A DNA stretch of 64,000 bases from Balanoglossus misakiensis (Eukaryota > Animalia > Hemichordata), in NCBI GenBank assembly GCA_040954595.2, contig CM082581.2:2286699-2350698 (forward strand), given 5' to 3'. Below the pieces are notes generated by a model. That model was given only the letters and a program-made list of their open reading frames with translations, had not been told where the DNA came from and searched no databases. The position numbers were made by a program, and so were the translations under genes. Shown here piece after piece: positions 35,751 to 48,428 of this stretch (position 1 is the first letter of the stretch; each line of letters opens with the position of its first letter).

Positions 35751-37439
35751 TGATTATTCTTTTACCCCTTTCACCACTATAGTCCAGTCCAAACCAGTTG
35801 TTTTCCATGGGAAGGTTGGACATCTATAGAGGGGCCTGGGCTTGAAAGGGTTAAATTCAACACATGTAGTACTCTAGAGGCAATTGTACATAAAGTCGAT
35901 CGAAAAAACATGACGCCTATTGTATGATGGAATAATCTTGTGCGCACATGAGAGAAGCGGTTTTAAAGGCGTGGATATACCACGTCACACACGTCACTAT
36001 ATTCGCTCAACAATGGGATAACTGCATCGATGGCTGTGCTACTTTAGTATTGTATCCGTGGTAATTTTCTCACATACCGAGGTGACAGTGAACGGTATTG
36101 TAGACAATTTTCATGTTTTCCACTTTAATGTATTCCTGATGGTAATCTCAGTATAAGAGTAGCAGTGTTTAACAACTTCATTATCTTGCCATAGACATGT
36201 CATTTCGAGGAAAGTGACAATGATCACAAATCATAACAGTTTTGAATTCTGTTATTAAATGTCAGAATATACGTTCAATCTATGTACCATCAGTTGCCAA
36301 CACTATAAATACTTGAAGTTAATGTAGACAATACACGTTTTTAAATTAACGTGCACATTCTAGTTCAGATTTAGAACTGTACTGCCAACACAAGATCTTA
36401 ATCATGTTTGTAAATGCCATGTGTTTCAGCCCAAGAGCTTATATCCCTGATCGAAAATGAGTTGAAACTTTCCAACTATGAAACAACGTGGCTGGAAGCA
36501 AAAAGAGCATGTGAGCAGGACAGTGGGCATCTGTTGAGGTTTTACGACCAAGAGACCATGAATATAGTTGTCAGCTTTATAGCGTTATTGGTTTGGCGAG
36601 GTGATGTCCTACCACATTCCGGTAAAGAGTAATAGAGTACCCAACTTTGTCATTACTGCTTGTTCATACGAACGATGTCTTCTCACTCAGAAGTATAATT
36701 GTTGTAATAATCAACATGACTTTTAAAGTAAACAAATCTACATGTATTACTCAACGTTCAACATGCTTTTCCTCTTTGTAATGGTTTACAGAATTCGTTT
36801 GGATCGACGCCAATGATAGAGAGACTAATGGTCACTTTGTTCACTCAGACGGTTCGAGTATAGATAGAAGTATCGCAGTAATGGATTTGGTGTTTGGAAC
36901 AGACACCAATTACGGTGCACATTGTGGTGTAATATGGTAATGTTGTTTTAATTTTAAAGGGGTCTGACCTGACCTGCGTGTTGTGCGATTTATATTTGCA
37001 ACGAGATCTCTATTGGCGAGGCCTTTGATGTAGAACGGCTAATATGACAGAACCCCACGACCAGATGGATCAAGCGCGGTATTTGAACGAGTGCTGGTGG
37101 TGTATTCTGTTGCAGCACGATCTCGCCATCGGGTTCTGTTATTATTACAACAGTATAGAAAACATTTTCCAATTTCCGAAAAGTAGCCGTTTTTTAAACT
37201 TTTTTCAAGGAAATTAGTGTTTTGTTCACAGTACAATATATTTCGATATTTTTCTATGATTATTTTCAAGATGTTTGCGAGTGTGCAGAAAGAAAAGAAT
37301 AAACTGTGAAATTTCCATAGAAATAATGAAGGAGCCATCTTTAGGTTGTATGGATTTGAATATTTCATTGAAAAAAACTAATAACTAAATTATGAATTCA
37401 ATTAATAGTACAATTTGCAAAACATTGCTAGTCACTCCA

Positions 37440-37856
37440 GAAGGGTCAGTGCTTGGAAATGTGAGAGCCTGGAAATTTCTAAGCACTGACAAGGGTCAGT
37501 GGTCGGAAATTTCCAGACACTCAGGGAATGTGAGAGCCTGGAAATTTCCAAGCACTGACAAGGGTCAGTGGTCGGAAATTTCCAGACACTCAGGGAATGT
37601 GAGAGCCTGGACATTTCCAAGCACTGACAAGGGTCAGTGGTCGGAAATTTCCAGACACTCAGGGAATGTGAGAGCTTAGAAATTTCCAAGCACTGACAAG
37701 GGTCAGTGGTCGGAAATTTCCAGACACTCAGGGAATGTGAGAGCCTAGAAATTTCCAAGCACTGACAGGGTTAGTGGCCGGAAATATCCAGTCACTCGGG
37801 GAATGTGAGAGCCTGGAAATTTCCAAGCATTGACAGGGTCAGTGCTTGGAAATCTT
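37440..37856 (+). repeat. 69-bp tandem array (~6 units), left arm
   Basis: aagggtcagt recurs at 37491, 37560, 37629, 37698. Confidence 0.95.
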
Positions 37857-37869
37857 GAGTTTCTCTATC

Positions 37870-38132
37870 ATGTTTCAAATTATGGCCTTTAGGAAAACGA
37901 TCTGTTGAGGAACTTCGCCTGTATTTATATCTTCAACCCTACGGATGAGTTTGGTCGTTTGACTGCGGTGGCCTCTTCTGCTGTTCTTCTCTCTCTCCAT
38001 GCCCGACATCCTGGTCTCGGCACCAACAAATGTACCGCGTACACTTGGGAATAGGTTCGGAATGAAGAGAGAGGGGCGGGATGGCCAATACTTCTTTATA
38101 TACAGTGGTTTGAACTGTGACATTTGGTAACA
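37870..38132 (-). mobile_element. BEL/Pao-like LTR retrotransposon 5' fragment (short LTR, PBS, gag start)
   Basis: TGTTACC...TATATAAAG...GGTACA, then TGGTGCCGAGACCAGGAT (tRNA-His-like PBS, 38008-38025), then MSGMEREKNSRRGHRSQTTKLIRR. Confidence 0.6.
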
Positions 38133-38303
38133 CTGCATAATTCAAGAACAATAGCATTTGGTAGTTGTGAAGTTGTGACTTTGTATACAGAGTAGAAAGA
38201 ACAATTGTGTCAGATAAACAATACCAATTCCCAATAAACAACTAGTGTATGGGCTAACTCAGAGGAGTTGGTAGGCGAAGCCTGTCATGAACATTGTGAC
38301 GCT

Positions 38304-38691
38304 AAGGCTCCTTAGACAAACCTGGTGCGTCTGCGGTCCAGATCCGTACCAGAGCTTTTCGCCGAAATTCGATTTTATCGGGAGAATATCCTATCCCTGT
38401 CTACTAACCGGTTATAACTGCGATTGACTTCTTCTAACATCCGAACCGCTCGCTTTCTGAAACTTTTGTGTTTACCCATTGAGATAACCTCACTGTATTC
38501 AATATGGCGATCTCAACAGGTAAACACAAGAGAAAATCAGAAAGCGAGTGGCTCGGAAGTTAATTACATCATATTTGGAGTCATTTGTGGGTAGACGGGG
38601 GAAAGATTCCCCCCGATAAAATCCAATCTCGGCCGAAAAGCTGCTGTCCGGATCCGGATCTCAGACGAATCAGTTTTGTCCATGGAGCCTT
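38304..38691. mobile_element. Degenerate palindromic MITE nested in the foldback element
   Basis: AAGGCTCCTTAGACAAA...TTTGTCCATGGAGCCTT, with inner inverted GATTTTATCGGG/CCCGATAAAATC. Confidence 0.7.
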
Positions 38692-38760
38692 GCAGAGATG
38701 TGGTGGAAGCCGTGTATTAAACGCCGGGAGAACGCAGACATGTACGGAGGACTACCACGA

Positions 38761-39285
38761 CCCTGTCAGTGCTTGGAAAGTTCAAGGCTCTCACATTCCC
38801 TGAGTGTCTGGAAATTTCCGACCACTGACCCTTGTCTGTGCTTGGAAATTTCTAAGCTCTCACATTCCCTGAGTGTCTGGAAATTTCCGACCACTGACCC
38901 TTGTCAGTGCTTGGAAATTTCCAGGCTCTCACATTCCCTGAGTGTCCGGAAATTTCCGACCACTGACCCTTGTCAGTGCTTGGATATTTCTAAGCTCTCA
39001 CATTCCCTGAGTGTCTGGAAATTTTCGACCACTGACCCTTGTCAGTGCTTGGAAATTTCCAGGCTCTCATATTCCCTGAGTGTCTGGAAATTTCCGACCA
39101 CTGACCCTTGTCAGTGCTTGGAAATTTCCAGGCTCTCACATTCCCTGAGTGTCTGGAAATTTCCGACCACTGACTCTTGTCAGTGCTTGGAAATTTCCAG
39201 ACTCTCACATTCCCTGAGTGTCTGGAAATTTCCGACCACTGACCCTTGTCAGTACTTGGAAATTTCCAAGCTCTCACATGCCACT
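38761..39285 (-). repeat. 69-bp tandem array (~7.5 units), right arm, inverted relative to the left
   Basis: Reverse complement of the 37440-37856 unit. Confidence 0.95.
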
Positions 39286-41405
39286 GACTCTTTCCAAGTA
39301 TTTTAGCCGCAAAATATGGATTTGTCAATGAGCAGTGCTTATTTCCTAAAATTCATACGAAATCCAACGGATTTGTGTGATACGGATATTAATCTAACAA
39401 TTCTTGTAATAAATATTGGGTTTCAGATTTACTTTTTGATGCTATTGTTTTTTTCTGGCGAAATTTTACAAACAATTCACACACTTGCAAATTTTCAATA
39501 GAAATATTACTCATGATAAACATGGAGACAAAATTTCATTAGAAAAAAATCAAAAGGACTGTCATGTACGTGGCTTTGAAGGAGACTCAGTTTTTTCACA
39601 GATAAATTTTAATTTTAGTTTAAAGCCAAAATATGACAAAATGCATTTTTCCTGCTGTACAGCTGCAGGAAAGAGACTAAGAATACCATTATGTAATTTT
39701 TTCATTAGAAATTGGCAAAGAATGGGGAATATTTTCATAAATTTCTAACTTTTTCAGCAGTAATTATGTAAAAAAGAGGTTTTTCGGAAATTGGAAAATG
39801 TTTTCTATACTGTTTTACATATGATACTCCCATTTTAGACGAAAACATCGAAAACACCATAAGAACACCATCCGAAAATTAAAGAAACGAGATCAGGCAA
39901 CGATATTGGTTGTTTCGTGGACAGGTCACACTACGATGATATCACAATTTTTTATAGGCTAGTTACACCACACTCCCATCTTTCATTGGACAATGTTGTT
40001 TACTAGTCATACAACTAGTGGCACCCAGAAATGTATACATCGCCATGCCAGAGGAACATACATTGTATAACGACATAACAAGATAATTGAAAAGATTCCT
40101 ACAACACAACCTGAAAAACCTGTCCTAAATATCAGCAAGTAACCTAGCACAACGACTGCGACTTTCACAGATGTCGGCATCAGTATGTCGCAAACAGGAT
40201 ACTGCAAGTGTCAGATGAAGAAACGGGGTGTAAACGTAAACGGCAGGCCATATGTAATATATGTAATATAGCTTTATCAATACCAGTGAATTTTGAGACG
40301 TCATAGCTATACATTATTACTTATAATGTATCGTGTTATTCGATGGACGCGCGACGCGCCCAAGAACCAGTGGACGTGTACAATTTCCGACTGAATAACG
40401 GAGGATTTCGAACAATGCGAACATTTTAAGGGGTAAAAAAAGAAATGTAAACATAAACAGAATAAATACGGCGATATTTATTAATTTCCAAACCCGACCT
40501 CGAACGGCGATTTGTTTATTTTTTTCTTCCTACTGCGTCGGTACATGTCGTCTGCTCTTGAATCACGCGCAGTCAACATGGCTCGCTCACGCACGTAAAG
40601 CAAACCTCTCGATGATGATGCTGGATTTGACATTCGTTCACCATACATACCGTGTACCATGTACCAAGCAGTCATGTCAACGAAGCTATACGTAAAAAAA
40701 TTATGCCGCAAGTGTCACTGTCATGTTGTCTACGTGGTACGGAAGGTCGATCGAGGGCGAGTTTGTTTATGTATTGCAACCTTCGGAGCGCCCGTATACG
40801 TGAACTTTCCCGAGAACGCAAACGAATTTTTACTCGTTGCGGATTTAATTTTGAAATTCAGGAAAACGGAATTTGAAAACAGGTAAAAAGCAACATGCTT
40901 TACTAAAAAAAAACGGTTATCCATTCCACTTTTGTTGCATCCACTATAAACTAAACCTATCACAAGCAAGAAGTCATAGTTGTCCGGCCTGACATCAATT
41001 CTATTTTTTACGTCAATAAAGGTTTTCTGTAAAGAGTATTGTGGATAGATGGTATGCATTTGCATACAGAGGATAAATGGACGCACTATGATGGGACACC
41101 ACTGACTTACTTACCATGGGCGGACCACCAGCCATACGGTAGCCCTTGGAGAACATGTATTCGAGCGGATTTGTAATTATTTATTTGTCTTCACCAAACC
41201 ATGTTTCCCTAGCAGAATATTGGTGAATGTAACACCATCACAATTAGACACTCTAACGCAATGTATCCACAGTAAACAGTTTCGTCTGGATAAGGTGTAC
41301 TGCTATGTTAACTAGAAAATGTACAGTGACTGCGCGTCCGTGATCTGTTGTCTCCATCTATAAGTAGAGCACATATGTGCATCAAGTTGAGTAAGGATGT
41401 GTAGC

Positions 41406-41708
41406 TTAGGCCGACGATCATCTTATGCGCATGTGCGTACTTTCGTATGTACAAACAATACGTCCAACCCAAATGTTCTGCAAAGTTTGCCTTTGGCACA
41501 TTCAAATAGTTGGCTGCATCCGCATCCTTTCTTATTGCATGGGCGCCGAATATGAGACTTTAGATTTGTCCCTTCGTTTAATCCAATTTGTTGTCTGTTC
41601 CTGATCTCCAACACAGACTAGTCTCCGCCATCTTGTCTGTTGTTATAACAGCATACTGCCCGAGTCTCTAGTTTGGCTCATGCGCATAAGGCGTTCGTCG
41701 CCCTTTAA
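41406..41708. mobile_element. Degenerate MITE in lectin intron
   Basis: AGGCCGACGATCATCTTATGCGCATG...CATGCGCATAAGGCGTTCGTCGCCCT imperfect TIR. Confidence 0.55.
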
Positions 41709-44234
41709 TGAAGCCTAAGGAATGTGACACAATTCAGATTCAGCTGATAACATGTTTTAATGATTTTTCCTGATAATCGTATTGAACAGAATTAGTAACG
41801 ATTTTTTATTGTAATTTTTTAGAGCCACAAAATTGTACATTTTGGATGATTGTCTACTTTATCGAAGATTTGTCTGTCGATATGGTAGGTGTATATGTTA
41901 AACTTTATCAAATCGTTCAACAGTAAACCAGAGACTCCCATGCAAATTGGTTAAGCAATACTTTTTGTATGAAGTAAAGACGAATGGCGACCTTTTAGGA
42001 TTTTGGTCGGGTTTCTAATGTGTGCAGTTTCATTGTATTGCAAAGTTGTGGCGTAATAATTGTACCATGTTTGTTAATATGTTGAACTCTAAATAGATGT
42101 AACTTGAGTCACGAACGGTTGCGACATGCAAGTACTGAAATGTCGCCATCTCAGAAAAGAACTGCATCGCCACTTCTTGTATTGGTTCTCTCTTGCGTGT
42201 CTAATAAAACCTTCGTCGCGAGAACGTTACATTATCCACATTACCGGCAGACAAAATAAGTGTAAACGTCCTCCAAAAATAAACGGGAAACCCGTTTTAC
42301 TAAGAGGTGTATCCGATCTGCACGATCGATTTATTGCAGTTTGAATGAATGATGTTACCAGAAATTGCAATATTCAGCGTGGCAGTTTCTTGTCAGATAT
42401 GGACCTAACATGCTTCAATGAATCACTAATACAAGTAACCCGAATGAATCCTGTCCACGCCTATAGCCCAAGGCCTCATATTCTGCACTTTAAGCTTTTT
42501 TGCTATCAATTTTTTTTCTTGACAGGTGACGAACTCGGTAACAATGACAACACTTTCATGGTTCTAGTCCTAGGCTTTTTCGCTGCATATCTGGCTGTGC
42601 ATATTGTGTTGATCCTCGGGATTTCGCGTTTTGTAAAAAACCTAGACCCTGCTCCGAAGTTGAAAAATGACAGAATACTGTTCTGGCTTTGAGCTTTTTC
42701 CGTGTTATTGATTCAATGATCGAATGCAAAATATTATTTATGATTGTTAGTTAGGTTTCTCTTACATTAAGCGCAACACTGTCGATTTATTACATTTAAT
42801 AATTAAGATTAAGCTAAATAAAAAGGTCAGCATTTAAACCGTATTGGAATTGAATTGTAACTACATTTATTTTTGAACAAATGTGACACAGGTGTATTAA
42901 TTATCGTAGGTTTCCAATGTATAGAGGACATATTCACTATGGACCTAGGTAGTTATTATGTGCACATGCGTACATTCAACTACTGGAGGATATCTTTTTG
43001 GACTTACTGTAATACTTGTGCTGTATTGTGTTGTGTTTGTCTGTACAATATGCCATATAAATGTGATAATTGATTGAATATATTTGGAATATGGATGGAT
43101 ATGATCGGAATTATTTGATTATGATTAGTGTTATTTTAATAAACGTACATACTTTCTTTCGCTATCACTTATAACTTCGCATATGTGTTGTTGTTGTTTT
43201 TCCTGGAACGGAATTCGAAATACCGCCCAAGGCAGTAGTTGATGGTTGTGAGGTAATTGCAATAGTTTTGTTTGTCCCGATCGCCATGTTCCAGTGGGGC
43301 GTACAAATTTCGGTCTGTCCTTCCTTCACATGCGGAGATGAATTTCATTCAAATCTTGCAACACAAATGTCTATAGTGCTGCATGTTTATCGTGAATGTC
43401 AGAGAACCATATGATTTGTTTACATTGCTCAAATCTGTTAAAAAGAACAATCCATCTCTCTTTGATCCTCTTGTTATACCCAGTACTCGCTAACCGAAAT
43501 TTACTTTATCATCTTTATCTGTGGACGGGGCACACAGATTAAGTTGTTTGCAGGTGCTTAATTGGAAATGTGATAGCTTTTATTTTGGATTAGCAAATAA
43601 CAAGACAGGTGGGGAAAATGCAGATCGGAACTCCCCCATTTATAACTTTAATGTTTGCAGCCCCCCTGTCATATCATCCAGTCATATTTTCAACCCTTTG
43701 TACACGTTCGTACGCCGCACTGATTGGGAAGAAATGTGTTAACACACTATTTTTGGATCTGGTGGCTTTAATAGTGGAGTGATGGAAATTATATTGGTCA
43801 ATTTCAAATAACATAACATGAAACTATATTTCCCCACCCTGGTATAAAACCCTCTTCAGGTTGGGAATGGCTTGCCACATTGCCAAATTTTCTTTCTGGG
43901 ACGCAGGTGAGCAGTTGAGCACTTAGATTGATGTATGTAAATTTGGCACTAAAATAACAACCGGTAATTCTTGAATTATTAAAACTGGATTATAATTACA
44001 TTATGATACTTTTATTTTAATACCTATCTGAAATCACATTACAAGTATAATAAATAACTTTTGCATTACAATTTACATAAACTGCCTACCGATCTCTACT
44101 ATTGTGAATCAAGACAATGTCAATGACTCTAATACACACTTCACACTACTACACATTTTATACTGATTCAGGGATCCTCTGCTATCTGACATTCAACAGG
44201 CTTCTAGTCTAAAAATATTCAACCAATAGAATTT

Positions 44235-44350
44235 GAGCTTTCTTTTTACAGCACACTCATTATCATACCAATGGCCATCTGTGCGTCCACATTGATTAGG
44301 TATTATTGGCGGTCCAAACATATTACAGTCTTCCCCCCCCCCCCCCGCCT
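44235..44350 (-). pseudogene. Isolated C-type lectin domain fragment
   Basis: GGGEDCNMFGPP...GRTDGHWYDNECAVKRK (EDC...WxDxxC motif). Confidence 0.55.
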
Positions 44351-44532
44351 CTTCCAACTCAGTTGTAAGATTATCGACTGTGTACATTTAAATTAACCAA
44401 TGATAAAACATGTCAAATTTTGTCTCTGCCATACACTGTTGAGGAGAAATGTTTGATAGCTGATCGTTATTTTTGCCTGCACCTGTACTTTCAAACATTC
44501 TTGACTCGGACAGGACATGCGGCTGTACAACA

Positions 44533-44770
44533 TTAAAGGGACAAAGTCTCTCTCTCGCTGCCCTTTTCTATTAATTATGTTTGATACAAGACATGGATTA
44601 CATTCTACATGTGGACATATAGTGAATCAACATTCGCCACACACAACTTCCATCCCACTTGTAGACACCAGAGTGAAAAATCTTGCCAAAATGAATAATT
44701 GGTGTTAATTTTTTTTTCGGCCAGATTTTTACTCTCATGTAAACAAACAGGATGGAAATTGTTTACAGTT
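44533..44770 (+). mobile_element. TTAA-AGGGACAAAGTC MITE, partial
   Basis: Same family as the 9928 and 34390 copies. Confidence 0.7.
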
Positions 44771-45659
44771 AATTAATGGTGACGTCAAAACATAGAGGGC
44801 GTCCATGGTAACTATACACTCTTTCCAATATTTATTGTTGGCTGGTTTTACTGTCAATCATGACAAAGTGCTCCCCAAAAAGCCTCAAGAACTGCCACTG
44901 TTTACATTATGTTCATTACTTTATTATCCCACTTTAAATAGATTGGTACATACTATAAGGCAAACATGAACATCTCATCGACGCACAATTATGGCTGTAT
45001 TTTGCAAATAATTCACATTATATATTTAATGTGTGCCGCACCCATTTCATCAGCCTCCATACAAACAGTACACTGCAGCTAACGTGGTAAGTGTCTCCAA
45101 TAGAAGACAAACTGATGCAAATACAAGTTATATGACTTAATGCTGGGGATTTTAAATGATATTTGAAGTATTTTATTGTGGAAAAAAATGGGAGAAATTT
45201 GACAGCTCTGGAGGCTTCAAACGATGTGTATATAGGAAATGTTCATCATTATCGGGAACTGAATTATATTAAAATGAAAATGCTTATTGTGGATTTTCTA
45301 GCTGAGCAATTTTAAACTTAGAATTAAGACCACTTATACTTAAAACCCATCTTTTTATGAAAGCATTTATACACTAATTCTTTTACACTTTTTACAACTT
45401 TTATATACCTTTTTAGCGTTTTTATGTCGAATTTTTTAGCTTGTATTTTTAGTGTACTTTTCATCATGTAGTAAAGCGCATTGAGATTTTAGTCCATTAT
45501 GTAATGCGCTATATAAGAAATAATAATTATTATTATTTTCATTATTTAGTAAAAACAACAGAAACATAATTAACTCAGGATTTGTTTTTCCTGCTTTTGT
45601 TAAATACTTCACAGAGAGCAATATTATCTAGGCGTTTTTATTAATGGTGTAATCGACTG

Positions 45660-48428
45660 AGGTGAAATTTCCGACTTTTCGACTACACATCGTGATGGCG
45701 AAGGGTTCAGGAAGGCTAACCTTTTACCTGAAGGTGTCAACTGATGTTGGTTCGAGACCATTTTTTTTTCTATTTTTTTTTGAGAACTTTAAACGACATT
45801 ACCATTGTAATTTTTATCATTTTCATAAATCCAATTCATTTCAATATCTACGCTGCGTGTTTTATCTGTCGGGAATAAGAAACATGCAGGGAAACTTGGT
45901 CATTTTTTGTCGCGGTTCACTTGGGCATGTCTGAATACGGAGTGCTCAGCAGAGAGAAAGATAAACTAGCTAAAACCGTGTCTTTCCGTCCGCATGACCA
46001 ACCAAGGAGCGAAAACGTCGTTATTTAGGCCGTAATAAAACGTTTTTGTCCCCGAGGAGTGAATAAAGAACAGTCAGACCGTTGCGGGGTAGGGAACTCT
46101 TCTTCGCACCGCTGCGGTGCAGGGAACTCGTATTGCCCGCTGCAGTGCAAATAAGATCATTGGAGTTATGCTGCAATAAAGTGCGGAAAAATTCCGACTT
46201 TTTCGAGTACACATCGTGATGGCGAAGGGTTGAGGAAGGCTAGCCTTTTTACCTGAACGAGTCAACTGATGTTGGTTCGAGACCACTTTTTTTTTCTATT
46301 TTTTGTTGAGAGAACTTTTAACGACATTGCAGTTGTAATTTTTATCATTTTCATAAATCCAATTCATTTCAATATCTACGCTGCGTTTTTTATCTGTCGG
46401 GTATAAGAAACATGCAGGGAAACTTGGTCATTTTTTGTCGCGGTTCACTTGGGCATGTCTGAATACGGAGTGCTCAGCAGAGAGAAAGATAAACTAGCTA
46501 AAACCGTGTCTTTCCGTCCGCATGACCAACCAAGGAGCGAAAACGTCGTTATTTAGGCCGTAATAAAACGTTTTTGTCCCCGAGGAGTGAATAAAGAACG
46601 GTCAGACCGTTGCGGGGTAGGGAACTCTTCTTCGCACCGCTGCGGTGCAGGGAACTCGTATTGCCCGCTGCAGTGCAAATAAGATCATTGGAGTTATGCT
46701 GCAATAAAGTGCGGAAAAATTCCGACTTTTTCGAGTACACATCATGATGGCGAAGGGTTGAGGAAGGCTAGCCTTTTTACCTGAACGAGTCAACTGATGT
46801 TGGTTCGAGACCACTTTTTTTTCTATTTTTTGTTGAGAGAACTTTTAACGACATTGCAGTTGTAATTTTTATCATTTTCATAAATCCAATTCATTTCAAT
46901 ATCTACGCTGCGTTTTTTATCTGTCGGGTATAAGAAACATGCAGGGAAACTTGGTCATTTTTTGTCGCGGTTCACTTGGGCAAGTCTGAATACGGAGTAC
47001 TCAGTAGAGAGAAAAATAAACTCGCTAAAACCGTGTCTTTCCGTCCGCATGACCAACCAAGGAGCGAAAAAGTGTTATTTAGGCCGTAATAAAACGTTTT
47101 TGTCCCCGAGGAGTGAATAAAGAACGGTCAGATCGTTGCGGGGTAGGGAACTCTTCTTCGCACCGCTGCGGTGCAGGTAACTCGTATTTGCACCGCTGCG
47201 GTGCAAATAAGATCATTGGAGTTATGCTGCAATATAGTGCGGAAAATTTCCGACTTTTTCGAGTACACATCGTGATGTCGAATAGTTCAGGAAGGCTAGC
47301 CTTTTACCTGAAGGTGTCAACTGATGTTGGTTCGAGACCACTTTTTTTCTATTTCTTTTTTTGTGTGAAAATTTTTAACGACATTATCAGTGTAATTTAC
47401 GTCATTTTCATAAAGCCAATTCATTGCAATATCAACGCTGCGTTTTTTATCTGTCGGGTATAAGAAACATGCAGGGAAACATGGTCATATTTTTGTCGTG
47501 GTTCACTTGGGCAAGTCTGAATACGGAGTGTTCTGGAGAGAGAAAGATAAACTCGCTAAAACCCTTTTTTCCGTCCGCATGACCAACCAAGGATCGAAAA
47601 AGTCGTTATTTAGGCCGTAATAAAACGTTTTTTCGCCGAGGAGTGAATAAAGAACGGTCAGATCGTTGCGGTGCAGAGAACTCTTATTTTGCACCGCTGC
47701 GGTGCAGGGAACTCTTATTTGCACCGCTGCGGTGCAAATAAGATCATTGGAGTTATGCTGCAATATAGTGCGGAAAATTTCCGACTTTTTCGAGTACACA
47801 TCGTGATGGCGAATGGTTCAGGAAGGCTAGCCTTTTACCTGAAGGTGTCAACTGATGTCCGTTCGTGACCACTTTTTTTTCTATTTTTTTTTTGTGAGAA
47901 CTTTTAACGACATTACCATTGTAATTTTTATCATTTTCATAAATCCAATTCATTTCAATATCTACGCTGCGTTTTTTATCTGTCGGGTACAAGAAACATG
48001 CAGGGAAACTTGGTCATTTTTTGTCGTGGTTCACTTGGGCAAGTCTGAATACGGAGTGCTCAGCAGAGAGAAAAATAAACTCGCTAAAACCGTGTCTTTC
48101 CGTCCGCATGACCAACCAAGGAGCGAAAAAGTCGTTATTTAGGCCGTAATAAAACATTTTTGTCGCCGAGGAGTGAATAAAGAACGGTCAGATCGTTGCG
48201 GGGTAGGAAACTCTTATTCGCACCGCTGCGGTGCAGGGAACTCGTATATGCATCGCTGCGGTGCAAATAAGATCATTGGAGTAATGCTGCAATATAGTGC
48301 GGAAAATTTCCGACTTTTTCGAGTACACATCGTGATGGCGAATGGTTTCAGGAAGGCTAGCCTTTTACCTGAAGGTGTCAACTGATCTTGGTTCGAGACC
48401 ACTTTTTTTCTATTTTTTGTGTGTGAGA
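45660..48428. repeat. ~528-bp tandem satellite, ~5.2 units
   Basis: aaa(t)ttccgacttttt recurs at ~45666, 46190, 46718, 47245, 47776, 48304; internal palindromes GCACCGCTGCGGTGC. Confidence 0.95.

Larger units (their letters stand above)
37149..39814. mobile_element. Foldback-type TIR element with inverted internal tandem arrays
   Basis: TIR AACAGTATAGAAAACATTTTCCAATTTCCGAAAA at both ends; 4-bp direct repeat TTAC at 37145-37148 and 39815-39818. Confidence 0.88.
36013..42692 (+). pseudogene. Type-I membrane C-type lectin domain gene (signal peptide, two CTLDs, TM), probably pseudogenised
   Basis: Phase-consistent exons: 36013-36094 (MG*LHRWLCYFSIVSVVIF, TAA at codon 3); 36430-36621 (TWLEAKRACEQDSGHLL); 36792-36936 (FVWIDANDRETNGHFVHSDG...HCGVIW); 41035-41172 (LWIDG...WTHYDGTPLTYLPWADHQP...CIRAD); 41823-41884 (LDDCLLYRRFVCRY); 42526-42692 (TM FMVLVLGFFAAYLAVHIVLILGI, stop). 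The middle exons are not resolvable. Confidence 0.75.

Noticed and set aside
37084-37086. TGA at a possible Cys position of the lectin domain as selenocysteine
   Set aside because: Other stops lie nearby in the same frame and no SECIS was recognised; pseudogene decay is simpler.
37392-39328. 23-aa repeat proteins (SGNVRAWKFPSTDKGQWSEISRH / CLEISRLSHSLSVWKFPTTDPCQ)
   Set aside because: By-product of a 69-bp (3n) palindromic DNA repeat that is open on both strands.
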